Of a DNA stretch of 64,000 nt, positions 9,262 to 22,721 are shown one piece after another. The translations under genes and the position numbers were made by a program. The notes beneath the pieces were generated by a model. That model made no database searches. It was given only the letters and a program-made list of their open reading frames with translations, and was not told the DNA's origin. The stretch is taken from the NCBI GenBank assembly GCA_963716395.1, contig OY970309.1:352001-416000 (forward strand), read 5' to 3'. How positions within the stretch are numbered: the first letter of the stretch is position 1; every line of letters starts with the position of its first letter. Source of the DNA: an uncultured Fibrobacteria bacterium (GTDB lineage: Bacteria; Fibrobacterota; Fibrobacteria; UBA11236).

Positions 9262-10190
9262 ACTTCGGCGAGAATTTCAGGCAGCGAAAAGCGCACCTTT
9301 TCTTCCATCAACACATAGTCTTCGGCCGCCGTGCCCGGAAACTCCCGCTGGATCCACCGCACCACGTCCTGCACCAGATCTTCCGGAGCCGAGGCGCCGG
9401 AAGAAATGCCGATATTGGCCACGTCGTCGAACCATTCGCGCCTTATATCCTCGGGACCGTCGATGAGATAAGACGGCTTGCCCAGGCGCTTGCCCAGTTC
9501 GCATAACCGGTTGCTGTTCGAACTGTTTTTCGATCCGATCACCAGCAACAAATCCGCCCGCTCGGCGATTTCCATCACCGCGCTTTGCCGATTGGTGGTG
9601 GCATAACAGAGATCGCCTTTTTCCGGCCCTTCGATGTGCGGATAGCGCCGCTTCAACGCTTCGATGATGTCCCGGGTCTCTTCGATGGAAAGAGTGGTTT
9701 GCGTGGTATAGGCCAAGGCGTCGTCGGGCCAATCCGGCAGCCGCTCCACATCCTCCACGCCTTCGACCAGCACCATGTTCCCGTCCTCGAGCTGACCCAT
9801 AGTGCCGATGACTTCGGGATGCCCACTATGTCCGATCAGGATAATGCGGCGCTGGCGTTTGCTGTGCCGTTGCACGGAAGAGTGCACCTTCTTCACCAAC
9901 GGGCAGGTGGCGTCGACGGCCAACAATTTGCGGTCTTCGGATTGACGGTACACGCTCATGGGAACGCCATGGGCGCTGAAGATGGCCACCGATCCGACGG
10001 GAATCTCCTTGAGATCTTCCACGAACACGGCGCCTTTTTCCTGCAAACGCGAAACCACGGCTTGGTTGTGGACGATTTCATGGCGTACGAAAACCGGCGC
10101 GCCGAATTTCTCCAGGGCTTTTTCAACGATGCTGATGGCGCGTTGCACTCCGGCACAAAAGCCTCGGGGTGAAGCCAGATAAATTTGCAT
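9258..10190 (-). CDS. ispH: 4-hydroxy-3-methylbut-2-enyl diphosphate reductase
   Basis: PRGFCAGV, HEIVHN, SAHG, DATCPLV, HPEV, LCYATTNRQ, NSSNSNRL, GASAP. Confidence 0.98.
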   Translation of the reverse strand: MQIYLASPRGFCAGVQRAISIVEKALEKFGAPVFVRHEIVHNQAVVSRLQEKGAVFVEDLKEIPVGSVAIFSAHGVPMSVYRQSEDRKLLAVDATCPLVKKVHSSVQRHSKRQRRIILIGHSGHPEVIGTMGQLEDGNMVLVEGVEDVERLPDWPDDALAYTTQTTLSIEETRDIIEALKRRYPHIEGPEKGDLCYATTNRQSAVMEIAERADLLLVIGSKNSSNSNRLCELGKRLGKPSYLIDGPEDIRREWFDDVANIGISSGASAPEDLVQDVVRWIQREFPGTAAEDYVLMEEKVRFSLPEILAEV

Positions 10191-10240
10191 GTCTCAATTA
10201 TAAGTCAAAAGGCTTGGGATGATGGGCGGCCAAGCAGGCG

Positions 10241-11500
10241 TCAACCCGGCCAGGGCAACGCCACGGACAGTTCGCGCCGAAGGGTCGAGACCGCGGCATG
10301 CAGCCGCCGGTTTTCACCCGCAACAAAAGCGCGGCAGGCCGGGGCGGGGTCGGCCGCGGGCCGCTCTAAATCCGCGGCGGATAAACACGTGGCCACACGC
10401 AACAAACCGGCGGCGCGCAACCGCTGGGCGAGCGCGGCCTGGTTCCAGAAATGCGGGCCGACCCAAATGGCGGTTCCGGCCACCAGCGGCTCCCAAAGGT
10501 TGTGCCCGCCGCGCGGCGCGAAGCTCCCACCCACCACGGCGGTATGGCAATGCGGCAGCCGGGCGCCCACTTGCCCGAATACATCGACGAGCACGCGCGG
10601 CGAATCCGGGCGCGAACTCAACCGTTCGAATCCCAGCGGCGACAGGGCGGCGGCGAAACGCGGCATCTCTTGCAAGTACCGCGGAAAGAGGTAGACCGGG
10701 TCGGCACCGCCCAGCGCGGACAAAGCCGGCAGCAAGCCGGGCAATTCGGCCGCATGCAGGGAAAGGAACGCCAAGCCCCGGCGCTGCGGCCAAGGCGGAC
10801 TCTCGGAAACCGTCGCCAAATAATGAAGGGCTCGCAGGTCGCCGCCCGCCGAAACGCGTCGACCGCCGCGGCGATGCACCCGTGCGGCCTCGGACTCGGT
10901 TTGACTTTGAACCCAATCGACGCGGCCCAAAACCGATCGGATCAGTCCCGGACACAAACGACCGAACCGTTCGGCGCGGGGAGTCCAGCGCGCCGAAACC
11001 CAGAACACGGGCACCTGCAAGCGGGCCGCCGCGATTACGTAATGCGGCCACAATTCCATCTCGAAAAGCAGCAGGGCCCGCACGCGATAGCCTTTTAGGA
11101 ATCGCCGCACTAGGCGCGGATGATCCCAGGGCGCCAAAGCCGCAAAAAAACGCGCGCCCCCCGCATACGCCTGAATTTGCCGCGCGAGGAAGTCATATCC
11201 CGTTACGGTCGTGGCGGTGAGCACAAAATCAAGCGGCGCCTCGGCCAGCGCCTGCGCCAGGGCCCAGCTTCCCTTGCATTCGCCCAGCGACGCCGCATGC
11301 AGCCACACCACCGGATGCAAGGCTGGGATCGGAGGCGGGGCGGCCGCCCGTGCGCGCAGCCGCCACCGGGCGGGAATCAGGCGCGTGTGTTTTTCCCACC
11401 ATGCCAAGCACCAGGCCAGAGCCAAGGCCGGCTCCCAGACCAGGCGGTAAACCCACAGCAGCGGCGAAAACGATCGCTTCGGCGGCCGGATCAGCGCCAT
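10241..11500 (-). CDS. waaA: 3-deoxy-D-manno-octulosonic acid (Kdo) transferase
   Basis: WLHAASLGE, TATTVTG, EMELWP, VVGGSF..GGHNLWEP, GPHFWN; start taken at ATG 11500. Confidence 0.85.
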   Translation of the reverse strand: MALIRPPKRSFSPLLWVYRLVWEPALALAWCLAWWEKHTRLIPARWRLRARAAAPPPIPALHPVVWLHAASLGECKGSWALAQALAEAPLDFVLTATTVTGYDFLARQIQAYAGGARFFAALAPWDHPRLVRRFLKGYRVRALLLFEMELWPHYVIAAARLQVPVFWVSARWTPRAERFGRLCPGLIRSVLGRVDWVQSQTESEAARVHRRGGRRVSAGGDLRALHYLATVSESPPWPQRRGLAFLSLHAAELPGLLPALSALGGADPVYLFPRYLQEMPRFAAALSPLGFERLSSRPDSPRVLVDVFGQVGARLPHCHTAVVGGSFAPRGGHNLWEPLVAGTAIWVGPHFWNQAALAQRLRAAGLLRVATCLSAADLERPAADPAPACRAFVAGENRRLHAAVSTLRRELSVALPWPG

Positions 11501-12075
11501 ACCGCCGCGCCCCAAATCAGCAGACAGGCAGAAACGGCATAGACGAGATTGCGCCCTTGCCAGGACAGCGCCCGGCGCCAGGCGACGCGACGACCCGCCG
11601 GCGAAGTGGGTAACCTGGCGGGTACGATGCGCATCGGCCAGGCGGGAACGGCGGCGGCAAAAGCCGCGTATTCCGCGCCGTGCAGGTCACGCAGCCTCCG
11701 ATCTTCCCACCCAGCCAGGGCAAGGTACTGAAGCGCCAGGGCGGAAGACGCGATCAGAAAAATTTCCGGACGCAGACAATTCGCGAAGAGCAGGACTCCG
11801 AAAACCACGCCGAGGTTGGAGGCGTACAGCGGATGACGTAGCCAGCGGTAGGGCCCGCTGCGCACCAGCGTCGGGGCCTGTATGCTTATGGCGTTCCCAT
11901 GCGGCCCCAAATGCGCGCCCGCCCAAACGCGCAACCCGAGGCCCAAGGCCACCAGCCACAAGGCCGAACCGCATAGCGGCGTCGCGGTATGCGCACGCCT
12001 CCAAACCAGCCATACCAAAAGGGCCGCCGGCCCGAACCCGCGACCCGCGAACCACAGCGAGAACAGCCGGGTCAT
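11491..12075 (-). CDS. Isoprenylcysteine carboxyl methyltransferase/PEMT-family membrane methyltransferase
   Basis: Hydrophobic; LVRSGPYRWLRHPLY and EDRRL..HGAEYAAF..VP motifs. Confidence 0.8.
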   Translation of the reverse strand: MTRLFSLWFAGRGFGPAALLVWLVWRRAHTATPLCGSALWLVALGLGLRVWAGAHLGPHGNAISIQAPTLVRSGPYRWLRHPLYASNLGVVFGVLLFANCLRPEIFLIASSALALQYLALAGWEDRRLRDLHGAEYAAFAAAVPAWPMRIVPARLPTSPAGRRVAWRRALSWQGRNLVYAVSACLLIWGAAVWR

Positions 12076-13643
12076 AATTCCAGAATGCGCGGGGCGCAGC
12101 GCTCCGCAAACCAGGGGTGATGCGAAGCGATGATCCCGCCTTGGGGGCGATGGTCGGGAAAGCCCGTTATCTCAGGCTGCATGATGCGGGAGAAAATGGC
12201 TTCGCATTCCGCCTCCGGCAAACCCGTGCCGGGTTCGTCGAGCAGTAAAAAACCGTGTCCGCCGGACAGGACACGCAACAGTGCCAGCCTCTGCTTTTCC
12301 CCGCCGGACAATTCCGTCAGAAAATTTTGCTCCGCCTCGGCCGCCTCGACCTCACCTGGGCGCAATCGCGCTTCGATAAAGCGCAGGCCCAAAAAATCGC
12401 GCCACGCTTCCCAGACGCCCGTCCCGCGGCCGAAAAAGCGCCGCAACCAGGGCCAGAAGTCCGGTTCGAAATCCGCCGGTTGCGGTAAATATCCCATGCC
12501 TGCGTCACTCCACGCCTGCGGCCTCCGTATCATACCGGTTACGGGGAATTCCACGCCGGCCAGAAGACGCAGCAGGGTCGATTTACCCGCGCCGTTGGGG
12601 CCGCGCAAACAGGTCCATCCGCGCAGGGGGATTTCGCCCTGCCATTCCGAGAACAGGGCCGGGGCGCCCGGATAGGCAAAGGCCAGATTCCGAATTTCCA
12701 CCGCCGGGGAAGTCGAAGGCGCGGCCCGGCCCAAGGGAGGCGACGGCTCCGATTGAATTCCGAATTCGCCCAATTCCCTTTCGGCTTGCGCCCCCAGGCG
12801 CAGCCAAGTCCAATGCCGGCCGAATTCCCGCACCGGCTGGTACAGCAGCAACAGCAAGGTCAAAGCTCCGGCAGGTTGCGCCAAACCGCCGAAGCGCGGA
12901 CCCGTCCAAAACACCAAGGTCGCCAGCAGCGCGAAATAAAACCATTCCAGCAAAGCCGGCAGGGAGAGTTGCGCGCGCTGCCAGCGCCATTCGGCGCCGG
13001 AAAAGTTGTTTTGCGCCGTCTCCAATTCGGCCCAGGCCGACGGCACGCGCCGATTTCCGCGCGCCGAATCCAGCCCCGCCAAAAACATCCCGGTCACCTG
13101 ATGGAAGCGCGCCTGGCTGCGGCGCAAGGCGACGGCCAAGCCGTCGAGCCAATGCCGCCGCAAGCGGGCCCCAACCGCCAAAGGCAAAACCAAGAGGAGC
13201 GAAGCGCCGGCCAACAGTGGAGACAACAGCAAAAGCCCGATTAACAGGGACACTGCATGCAATCCCGCCGCCGTGCAGCGCAATACGGCCTCGCGGCCGC
13301 GCACCACCCTTTCCATCTCCAACTGCAGGGCCTTGCCCAGATTTCCACGACCCGGATCGCGATGCCAGGGCTGCGACCATTGATCCAAACCGGGTTTCAA
13401 TCCGGCGAATAAGGAGTGCATTTGCCGGCGGTGAAATCCGGCTTGCGCCGATGCGGCGAGGTATTGCACGGCGGTGCGCAGGCTGACGACCAGAAACAAT
13501 CCCCCCAGCGACGTCCAGGCCGTTCGGTTCTGAATAAGCATGCCCTTGAGTTGGAAAGCGAATGCGCCTTCCAAGGCACCTTGCAGCAATCCCAAAGAGC
13601 CGAATATCAAAGTCCAGGTCAGGAAGCGATTAAAAAACCTCAA
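12072..13643 (-). CDS. ABC exporter, fused permease plus ATPase (divergent MsbA-like)
   Basis: N-terminal TM segments; [27 protein letters not shown]. Confidence 0.75.
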   Translation of the reverse strand: MRFFNRFLTWTLIFGSLGLLQGALEGAFAFQLKGMLIQNRTAWTSLGGLFLVVSLRTAVQYLAASAQAGFHRRQMHSLFAGLKPGLDQWSQPWHRDPGRGNLGKALQLEMERVVRGREAVLRCTAAGLHAVSLLIGLLLLSPLLAGASLLLVLPLAVGARLRRHWLDGLAVALRRSQARFHQVTGMFLAGLDSARGNRRVPSAWAELETAQNNFSGAEWRWQRAQLSLPALLEWFYFALLATLVFWTGPRFGGLAQPAGALTLLLLLYQPVREFGRHWTWLRLGAQAERELGEFGIQSEPSPPLGRAAPSTSPAVEIRNLAFAYPGAPALFSEWQGEIPLRGWTCLRGPNGAGKSTLLRLLAGVEFPVTGMIRRPQAWSDAGMGYLPQPADFEPDFWPWLRRFFGRGTGVWEAWRDFLGLRFIEARLRPGEVEAAEAEQNFLTELSGGEKQRLALLRVLSGGHGFLLLDEPGTGLPEAECEAIFSRIMQPEITGFPDHRPQGGIIASHHPWFAERCAPRILEL

Positions 13644-13702
13644 TCAACGCACCTCTCCGTTGCAAAACGAAACAACATTCTAAATTTTTTGATGAATACC
13701 CA

Positions 13703-13731
13703 TTGACTTGTCGTTTTTTGTTGATTAAATT
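13703..13731 (+). promoter_or_regulatory. sigma70-type promoter of groESL
   Basis: TTGACT-N17-TAAATT. Confidence 0.65.
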
Positions 13732-13742
13732 CGCATCGCGCT

Positions 13743-13769
13743 TTAGCAATCTTCCGCTTCGTCTGCCAG
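13743..13769 (+). promoter_or_regulatory. Degenerate CIRCE element (HrcA operator)
   Basis: TTAGCAATC-N9-GTCTGCCAG versus consensus TTAGCACTC-N9-GAGTGCTAA (8/9 and 5/9); just downstream of the groES promoter; hrcA is in the same cluster. Confidence 0.65.
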
Positions 13770-13828
13770 CCAATCGGCGGTTGCGAGCAGAAGAAAAGAA
13801 CAAACCAGATAGAGAAGGAGCAGCAACC

Positions 13829-15806
<1,978 letters not shown>

Positions 15807-15835
15807 TCGGATCCGATTCGGAACCGAAGTTCTGC

Positions 15836-15871
15836 ATCCCCCGGTCCGGCTTCGGGCCGGGGGATTTTTTT
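15836..15871 (+). terminator. Rho-independent terminator after groEL
   Basis: ATCCCCCGGTCC-ggcttc-GGGCCGGGGGAT stem followed by a T-run. Confidence 0.8.
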
Positions 15872-15962
15872 AGGGCTCCTCTTCCCATCGGCTTTCGCAG
15901 CGAGAATCCACCGCGGCGGAGACCCGAAGAGTCCGCGCCTGCAAAATGGGAGCGTCACAAGC

Positions 15963-17021
15963 ATGACGGAAAATCCTCTCAACCCGCGCCAAAAACAGGT
16001 ACTGACGGCCATTGTGGATCACTATATCGTCAAAGCCGAACCCGTGTCTTCCAGCCTACTCAGCAAAAGTCCGGTTTTACGCACCAGCAGCGCCACCATT
16101 CGCCATACCATGGCCCAGCTCGAAGAGCGCGGCCTAGTGGAGCAGCCGCATTCCTCCGCCGGCCGCCTGCCCACGGATTTGGGATACCGGGTTTATGTCG
16201 ACGAACTCATGCACCCCGAGACGCTGCATCCGGAAGATCAGCGCGTGCTCGACGAGGCGCTGGGACGGGAATCCGGCGAAGAAGCCCGCATGGCGTATGC
16301 CGCCAAAATCCTGGCCGAACTGACCCTGCTGATGGGCATGGTGGCGCCGCCGCCGGCCCAATCGCGCGGTTGGTTTCGCAACATTTCCCTGGTACCGCTG
16401 GAAGAAGGAAAAGTCGTTCTGGTCTTGACCAGTTCGGAATCCGAGGTGCGATCGCTGATGATGGATTCGGGAATGGAGACTTCGATTTTCCGCCTCGAAG
16501 CCGTGGCCAAACGCTTGAATCAGCAATTGCGCGGAAAACCGATTTCGGATTTGGATCGCCTCATGTCCTCGCCCGCGGAGCGCTCCGTATCCAAAGACGA
16601 GAGCCTTGCCTGGGAGCTCTTGAATCGTTCTATTTTAAAACTCACCGGTACCAAATCGGGCGATGAGGTTTTCCTGTTCGGAGCCAAAAATTTGTTGCAC
16701 CATCAAGAATTCGATAAATTCAGCGATGTCGGTTCGATTTTGGAACTCTTGGACTCGAAAATCGCTCTGGCGCATTTCTTGCGCCAAAAAGCCGATGATG
16801 AGGGCGTACACGTGACGGTGGGCGAAGAGCGCGAAGATGGGGTTCGGTTTCGAAGCCTGTCTTTGATCACCACTTCTTTCACCTTGCGCGGCGGCCGGGG
16901 GACCATCGGGGTGTTGGGGCCCAAACGCATCCCTTACGCCCGTTTGATTCCGCTGGTGGACTATGCCGCCCGCGCCCTGAGCCGAAACCGAGCACCCGAA
17001 CCAGAAAGCGATGCACGATGA
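15963..17021 (+). CDS. hrcA: Heat-inducible transcription repressor HrcA
   Basis: LNPRQKQVL..YI..EPVSS, SSATIRH.M..LE..G..QPHSSAGRLPTDLGYRVYVD; GTIGVLGPKR. Confidence 0.96.
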   Translation: MTENPLNPRQKQVLTAIVDHYIVKAEPVSSSLLSKSPVLRTSSATIRHTMAQLEERGLVEQPHSSAGRLPTDLGYRVYVDELMHPETLHPEDQRVLDEALGRESGEEARMAYAAKILAELTLLMGMVAPPPAQSRGWFRNISLVPLEEGKVVLVLTSSESEVRSLMMDSGMETSIFRLEAVAKRLNQQLRGKPISDLDRLMSSPAERSVSKDESLAWELLNRSILKLTGTKSGDEVFLFGAKNLLHHQEFDKFSDVGSILELLDSKIALAHFLRQKADDEGVHVTVGEEREDGVRFRSLSLITTSFTLRGGRGTIGVLGPKRIPYARLIPLVDYAARALSRNRAPEPESDAR

Positions 17022-17578
17022 CCCCTGAAGAAGTGGAAACCGGATCCGAGAGATCCTCTCAAACCCAAAGTTCCGCACACGGTTCCGAAACAGCCGGGGC
17101 GACCGCCTCGGAAACGGCGGCCTCCGAAGCCGAACACATCGCGGGAGAGTTGCAGGATTTGCGCGACAAACATTTGCGTCTGTTCGCCGAATTCGAGAAC
17201 TTTCGCAAACGGGCGGCCCGGGAAAACTTCGAAGTGATTGCCACGGCCAATGCGCGTCTCATCGGCCAGCTCACCGAAGTGCTCGACAACTTTCAACGCG
17301 CCTTTGATCCCAAGCATCGCGGGGCCGCGGAAGAATTCGAAAAGGGCGTTCGGCTCATTTACGCGCGCCTGCGGGAAATCCTAGAATCCGAGGGTTTGGA
17401 AGAACTCGATCCCACGGGACAGGAGTTCGACCCCGGCGTGCATGACGCCCTCATGCAGCAGGTCAGCGACACCGTCCCCGAAAATCACGTGATCCAGACC
17501 GTGCAAAAAGGCTATCGCCTCAAAGCCAAAATCCTGAAGCACGCCAAGGTCATCGTGTCAAAGGGCAAAGAAACATGA
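17018..17578 (+). CDS. grpE: Nucleotide exchange factor GrpE
   Basis: LRLFAEFENFRKR, VLDNFQRA, FDPGVHDAL, QKGYRL. Confidence 0.96.
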   Translation: MTPEEVETGSERSSQTQSSAHGSETAGATASETAASEAEHIAGELQDLRDKHLRLFAEFENFRKRAARENFEVIATANARLIGQLTEVLDNFQRAFDPKHRGAAEEFEKGVRLIYARLREILESEGLEELDPTGQEFDPGVHDALMQQVSDTVPENHVIQTVQKGYRLKAKILKHAKVIVSKGKET

Positions 17579-17662
17579 ACCTCCGGCTTGGCCGCCCGGC
17601 ATCGCGGCCCGGAAGGAAACGAAAAATGCAGCCAGGAAAATTTCAACGGAAAGGATTTCATC

Positions 17663-19594
<1,932 letters not shown>

Positions 19595-19660
19595 ACCCGA
19601 CGCTTGCCTTCGCCCGCGAAAGCAAGCGGCGCAGGCACGGCGGCGCAAAGAGGATGAGAC

Positions 19661-20779
19661 ATGGCGGCCAAGCGCGATTACTACGAGGTGTTAGGCGTAA
19701 CCAAAGACGCCGATGAGGCGGCCGTTAAATCGGCCTATAAGAAGCTGGCGCTCAAATACCATCCCGACAAGAACCCGGGCGACAAGCAGGCCGAAGAAAA
19801 ATTCAAAGAGGCCTCTGAAGCCTACAGCGTGCTCTCCGACTCAGAAAAGAAGCCGCAATATGATCGCTTCGGACATGCCGGCCTGAACGGGGGCGGCGGA
19901 CCGGGGTTTCAGGGATTCAGCAACTTCGAAGACATCTTTTCCGCTTTCGGCGATATTTTCGGCGGCGATTTCTTCGGCCGAACCGGCGGACGCTCGCCGC
20001 GGTCGGGTCCGCCGCGCGGGCAGGATTTGCAAATCGCCCTCACCCTCAAGCTGCGGGAAATCGCCACCGGCGTGACCAAAAAGATCAAACTCAAGCGCTA
20101 CAACGCCTGCGGCGAATGCGGCGGCGCGGGCGGCACCGGCAAACACACCTGTACGGTGTGCGGTGGCATGGGCCAGGTGCGGCAGGTGCAAAGTTCTTTC
20201 TTCGGTCAGGTCGTGAACGTCACCACTTGCCCCGAATGCGGCGGTTCGGGGCAGCAGATCAAATCGCGCTGCCCGCAGTGCTCGGGCAGCGGGCGGACGG
20301 CGGAAGAAGTCACCATTGCGGTCGACATTCCCGCCGGCGTGGAAGAAGGCCAGTACCTGACCTTGCGCGGTGAAGGCCATCGCGGTCCCAACGGCGGGCC
20401 GGCGGGCGATTTGCTGGTGGCCCTGCATGAAGAGAAAGACGAATTCTTCGAGCGGCGCGGCAACGATTTGCATTGCGAGGTCGATGTTCCCTTCACCACC
20501 GTGGCCTTGGGGGGCGAGATTCGGGTGTCGACGCTCGACGGCGAAGTCGAGCTCAAGATTCCGGCGGGGACGCAAAGCGAAAAACTGCTGCGCGTGCGCG
20601 GCAAGGGCCTGCCCGCCCTCCACCGCGGCGGGCACGGGCATCTTTACGTCAAAATTCATGTGCATACGCCCGCCAGCCTCGACGCCCGCGAAACCGAACT
20701 CTTGCGCGAGCTGCAGAAAATCTGGGAGACCCAGCAGCCCAAGGGCTTCATCCACCGGGCCAAAGCCTTTTTCACCTAA
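19661..20779 (+). CDS. dnaJ: Chaperone DnaJ
   Basis: J domain with HPD, G/F region, four CxxCxGxG repeats. Confidence 0.98.
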   Translation: MAAKRDYYEVLGVTKDADEAAVKSAYKKLALKYHPDKNPGDKQAEEKFKEASEAYSVLSDSEKKPQYDRFGHAGLNGGGGPGFQGFSNFEDIFSAFGDIFGGDFFGRTGGRSPRSGPPRGQDLQIALTLKLREIATGVTKKIKLKRYNACGECGGAGGTGKHTCTVCGGMGQVRQVQSSFFGQVVNVTTCPECGGSGQQIKSRCPQCSGSGRTAEEVTIAVDIPAGVEEGQYLTLRGEGHRGPNGGPAGDLLVALHEEKDEFFERRGNDLHCEVDVPFTTVALGGEIRVSTLDGEVELKIPAGTQSEKLLRVRGKGLPALHRGGHGHLYVKIHVHTPASLDARETELLRELQKIWETQQPKGFIHRAKAFFT

Positions 20780-20802
20780 GCTCGCCCAAGTTCGTCTCAC
20801 CC

Positions 20803-22224
20803 ATGACTCCCGACGAACCGAACCTCGCGGAAAACCCAACCGCCAAGGTGTTCATTCTCGACGGCGACGCAGAATTGAAAAAAGAGGTGTTCGAGTCCTG
20901 GTCGCTGCCCGAAACCCATCTCATGGAAAGCAGCGGCGGACAAAACGCCATTCGCATTCTGAGCCAGGGCGGCATCGCGGTGCTGTTTCTTTCCACCGAT
21001 CTTCTAACCATCGACAATCTCGACATCCCCGCGCTGGCCAAAGAACGCAACCCCGGACTCGAAATTTTCATTCTGGCCGGCGTGCGCGACACGGCCAAGG
21101 CCGAAGCCGCGGTACAACAAGGGGCGCATTCCTTCCTCATCAAACCCGTCAACGTCAAACTGCTCGAATCGCTGGCGCATAAGGCATTATCGCGCTCGGT
21201 GAGCCGGCGCAGCGTGCGCGAGTTGCGCGAGCACATGCTCGAAGACCTGCTGGGCACGTCGCCGGTCATGAAAAAAATTCTGCGCACCGTGCTCAAGGTG
21301 GCCCCCACCAACAGCACCTTGGTCATCGCCGGCGAAAGCGGCACGGGCAAGGAATTCATGGCCAACATCATCCACAGCCTGTCGCAGCGGGCCGAGGAAA
21401 ACTTCGTAGCCGTAAACTGCGGCGCTATTCCCGAAACCCTGGTCGAGTCCGAATTGTTCGGATCGCGCAAGGGTTCGTACACCGGCTCGGTGGGTGACAA
21501 AAAGGGGCTCATTGAAGCCGCCGATCGCGGCACTTTGTTTCTCGACGAAGTGGGCGAACTTTCTTTGCAAACCCAAGTCAAGCTGCTGCGCTTTTTGCAG
21601 GAACGGGAAATACGCCGCGTGGGCGACACCGAGAACCGCTATGTCGACGTGCGGGTGATCGCCGCCACCAACCGCGACCTGCACAAGGCCATCACCCAGG
21701 GAACCTTTCGCGAAGACCTGTACTACCGCCTCAGCATTTTCCATCTGACACTGCCGCCGCTGCGCGAACGCCGCCACTCCATCCCCGGCCTCATCCGCAC
21801 CTTCGTCAAGAAATATGCGGGCCAGCAGAAAAAAGAAATCGCGGGCATGGCTAAAAACGCCGAAGCCGTGCTCATGAATTACGACTATCCGGGCAACATC
21901 CGCCAGCTCGAAAACATCATCGAGCATGCGGTGACCCTCTGCGAAAGCGATCACCTGCTGCTCGGCGATTTACCCGAATATCTGGTCGGACCCGAAAATG
22001 CTCCGCCCCTGTTGGCTTTACCAAAATCAGAGGAGAAACCCATGGACAATCCGGAATCGCTGGTTCCCTTGTCGGAGTTGGAAAAGAACTATATCCGCAA
22101 AGCGCTGGAAGTCTGCCAGCGCAACCACACCGAAGCCGCGCGCCGTCTGGGCATCTCGCGCTCGACGCTGTGGCGCAAGTTGAAAGAGCATGGCATGGCT
22201 GAATTGTCTACGCCCACGGTTTAG
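20803..22224 (+). CDS. sigma54-dependent enhancer-binding protein (atypical receiver + AAA+ + Fis HTH)
   Basis: GESGTGKE, VNCGAIP, ESELFG, LFLDEVGE, FREDLYYRL, YPGNIRQLEN, AARRLGISRSTLWRK. Confidence 0.93.
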   Translation: MTPDEPNLAENPTAKVFILDGDAELKKEVFESWSLPETHLMESSGGQNAIRILSQGGIAVLFLSTDLLTIDNLDIPALAKERNPGLEIFILAGVRDTAKAEAAVQQGAHSFLIKPVNVKLLESLAHKALSRSVSRRSVRELREHMLEDLLGTSPVMKKILRTVLKVAPTNSTLVIAGESGTGKEFMANIIHSLSQRAEENFVAVNCGAIPETLVESELFGSRKGSYTGSVGDKKGLIEAADRGTLFLDEVGELSLQTQVKLLRFLQEREIRRVGDTENRYVDVRVIAATNRDLHKAITQGTFREDLYYRLSIFHLTLPPLRERRHSIPGLIRTFVKKYAGQQKKEIAGMAKNAEAVLMNYDYPGNIRQLENIIEHAVTLCESDHLLLGDLPEYLVGPENAPPLLALPKSEEKPMDNPESLVPLSELEKNYIRKALEVCQRNHTEAARRLGISRSTLWRKLKEHGMAELSTPTV

Positions 22225-22420
22225 AAAGAACCTCTCGAATACATTTCGTAAGCGGGGAAAGCCTTTCGCTGAGCAGCTTTTCCCCGTCAACTGAAAATCT
22301 TGGCGTTCGAAAACCGAACAACTGTCCACAATTTCCGCGGAAGTGAAACTTTTTAGCACGGATTTCTTATGCCTTTTTATCATCAATCCTCTTTTTATTA
22401 CCAAAACTGCCTTAAAGGCA

Positions 22421-22436
22421 TGGCACACCTTTCGCT
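22421..22436 (+). promoter_or_regulatory. sigma54 (-24/-12) promoter
   Basis: TGGCACacctTTCGCT gives GG-N10-GC with TGGCAC, preceded by an AT-rich tract and downstream of a bEBP gene. Confidence 0.65.
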
Positions 22437-22474
22437 TCATTTTTCAAGTAGAATCTCAAGCAAAGAGGTGAACC

Positions 22475-22663
22475 ATGGACGTCCATTACAACTATAAAGA
22501 CAAACGCGCGGTGAACCTCGAACACGTCAGGTCGCCAGGGTTTATTCCTTTATTCGGCGGCCGGCCCAAACGCGAGAAGGTGATTGGCCGCGAAGACGGC
22601 TTGGATTTGAAAATCCTTCTTCACACCTGCGTTTCGGTCGAAGATTTTCTGGCCAAAATCTGA
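22475..22663 (+). CDS. Small hypothetical protein (62 aa)
   Basis: GAGGTG RBS; amphipathic C-terminal helix LDLKILLHTCVSVEDFLAKI; lies behind the sigma54 motif. Confidence 0.65.
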   Translation: MDVHYNYKDKRAVNLEHVRSPGFIPLFGGRPKREKVIGREDGLDLKILLHTCVSVEDFLAKI

Positions 22664-22721
22664 ACCCGAATGCGGGAGCCTTCGACAGGCCCCGTCCGCC
22701 GTAGGCGGACTGCGAGGTCAT

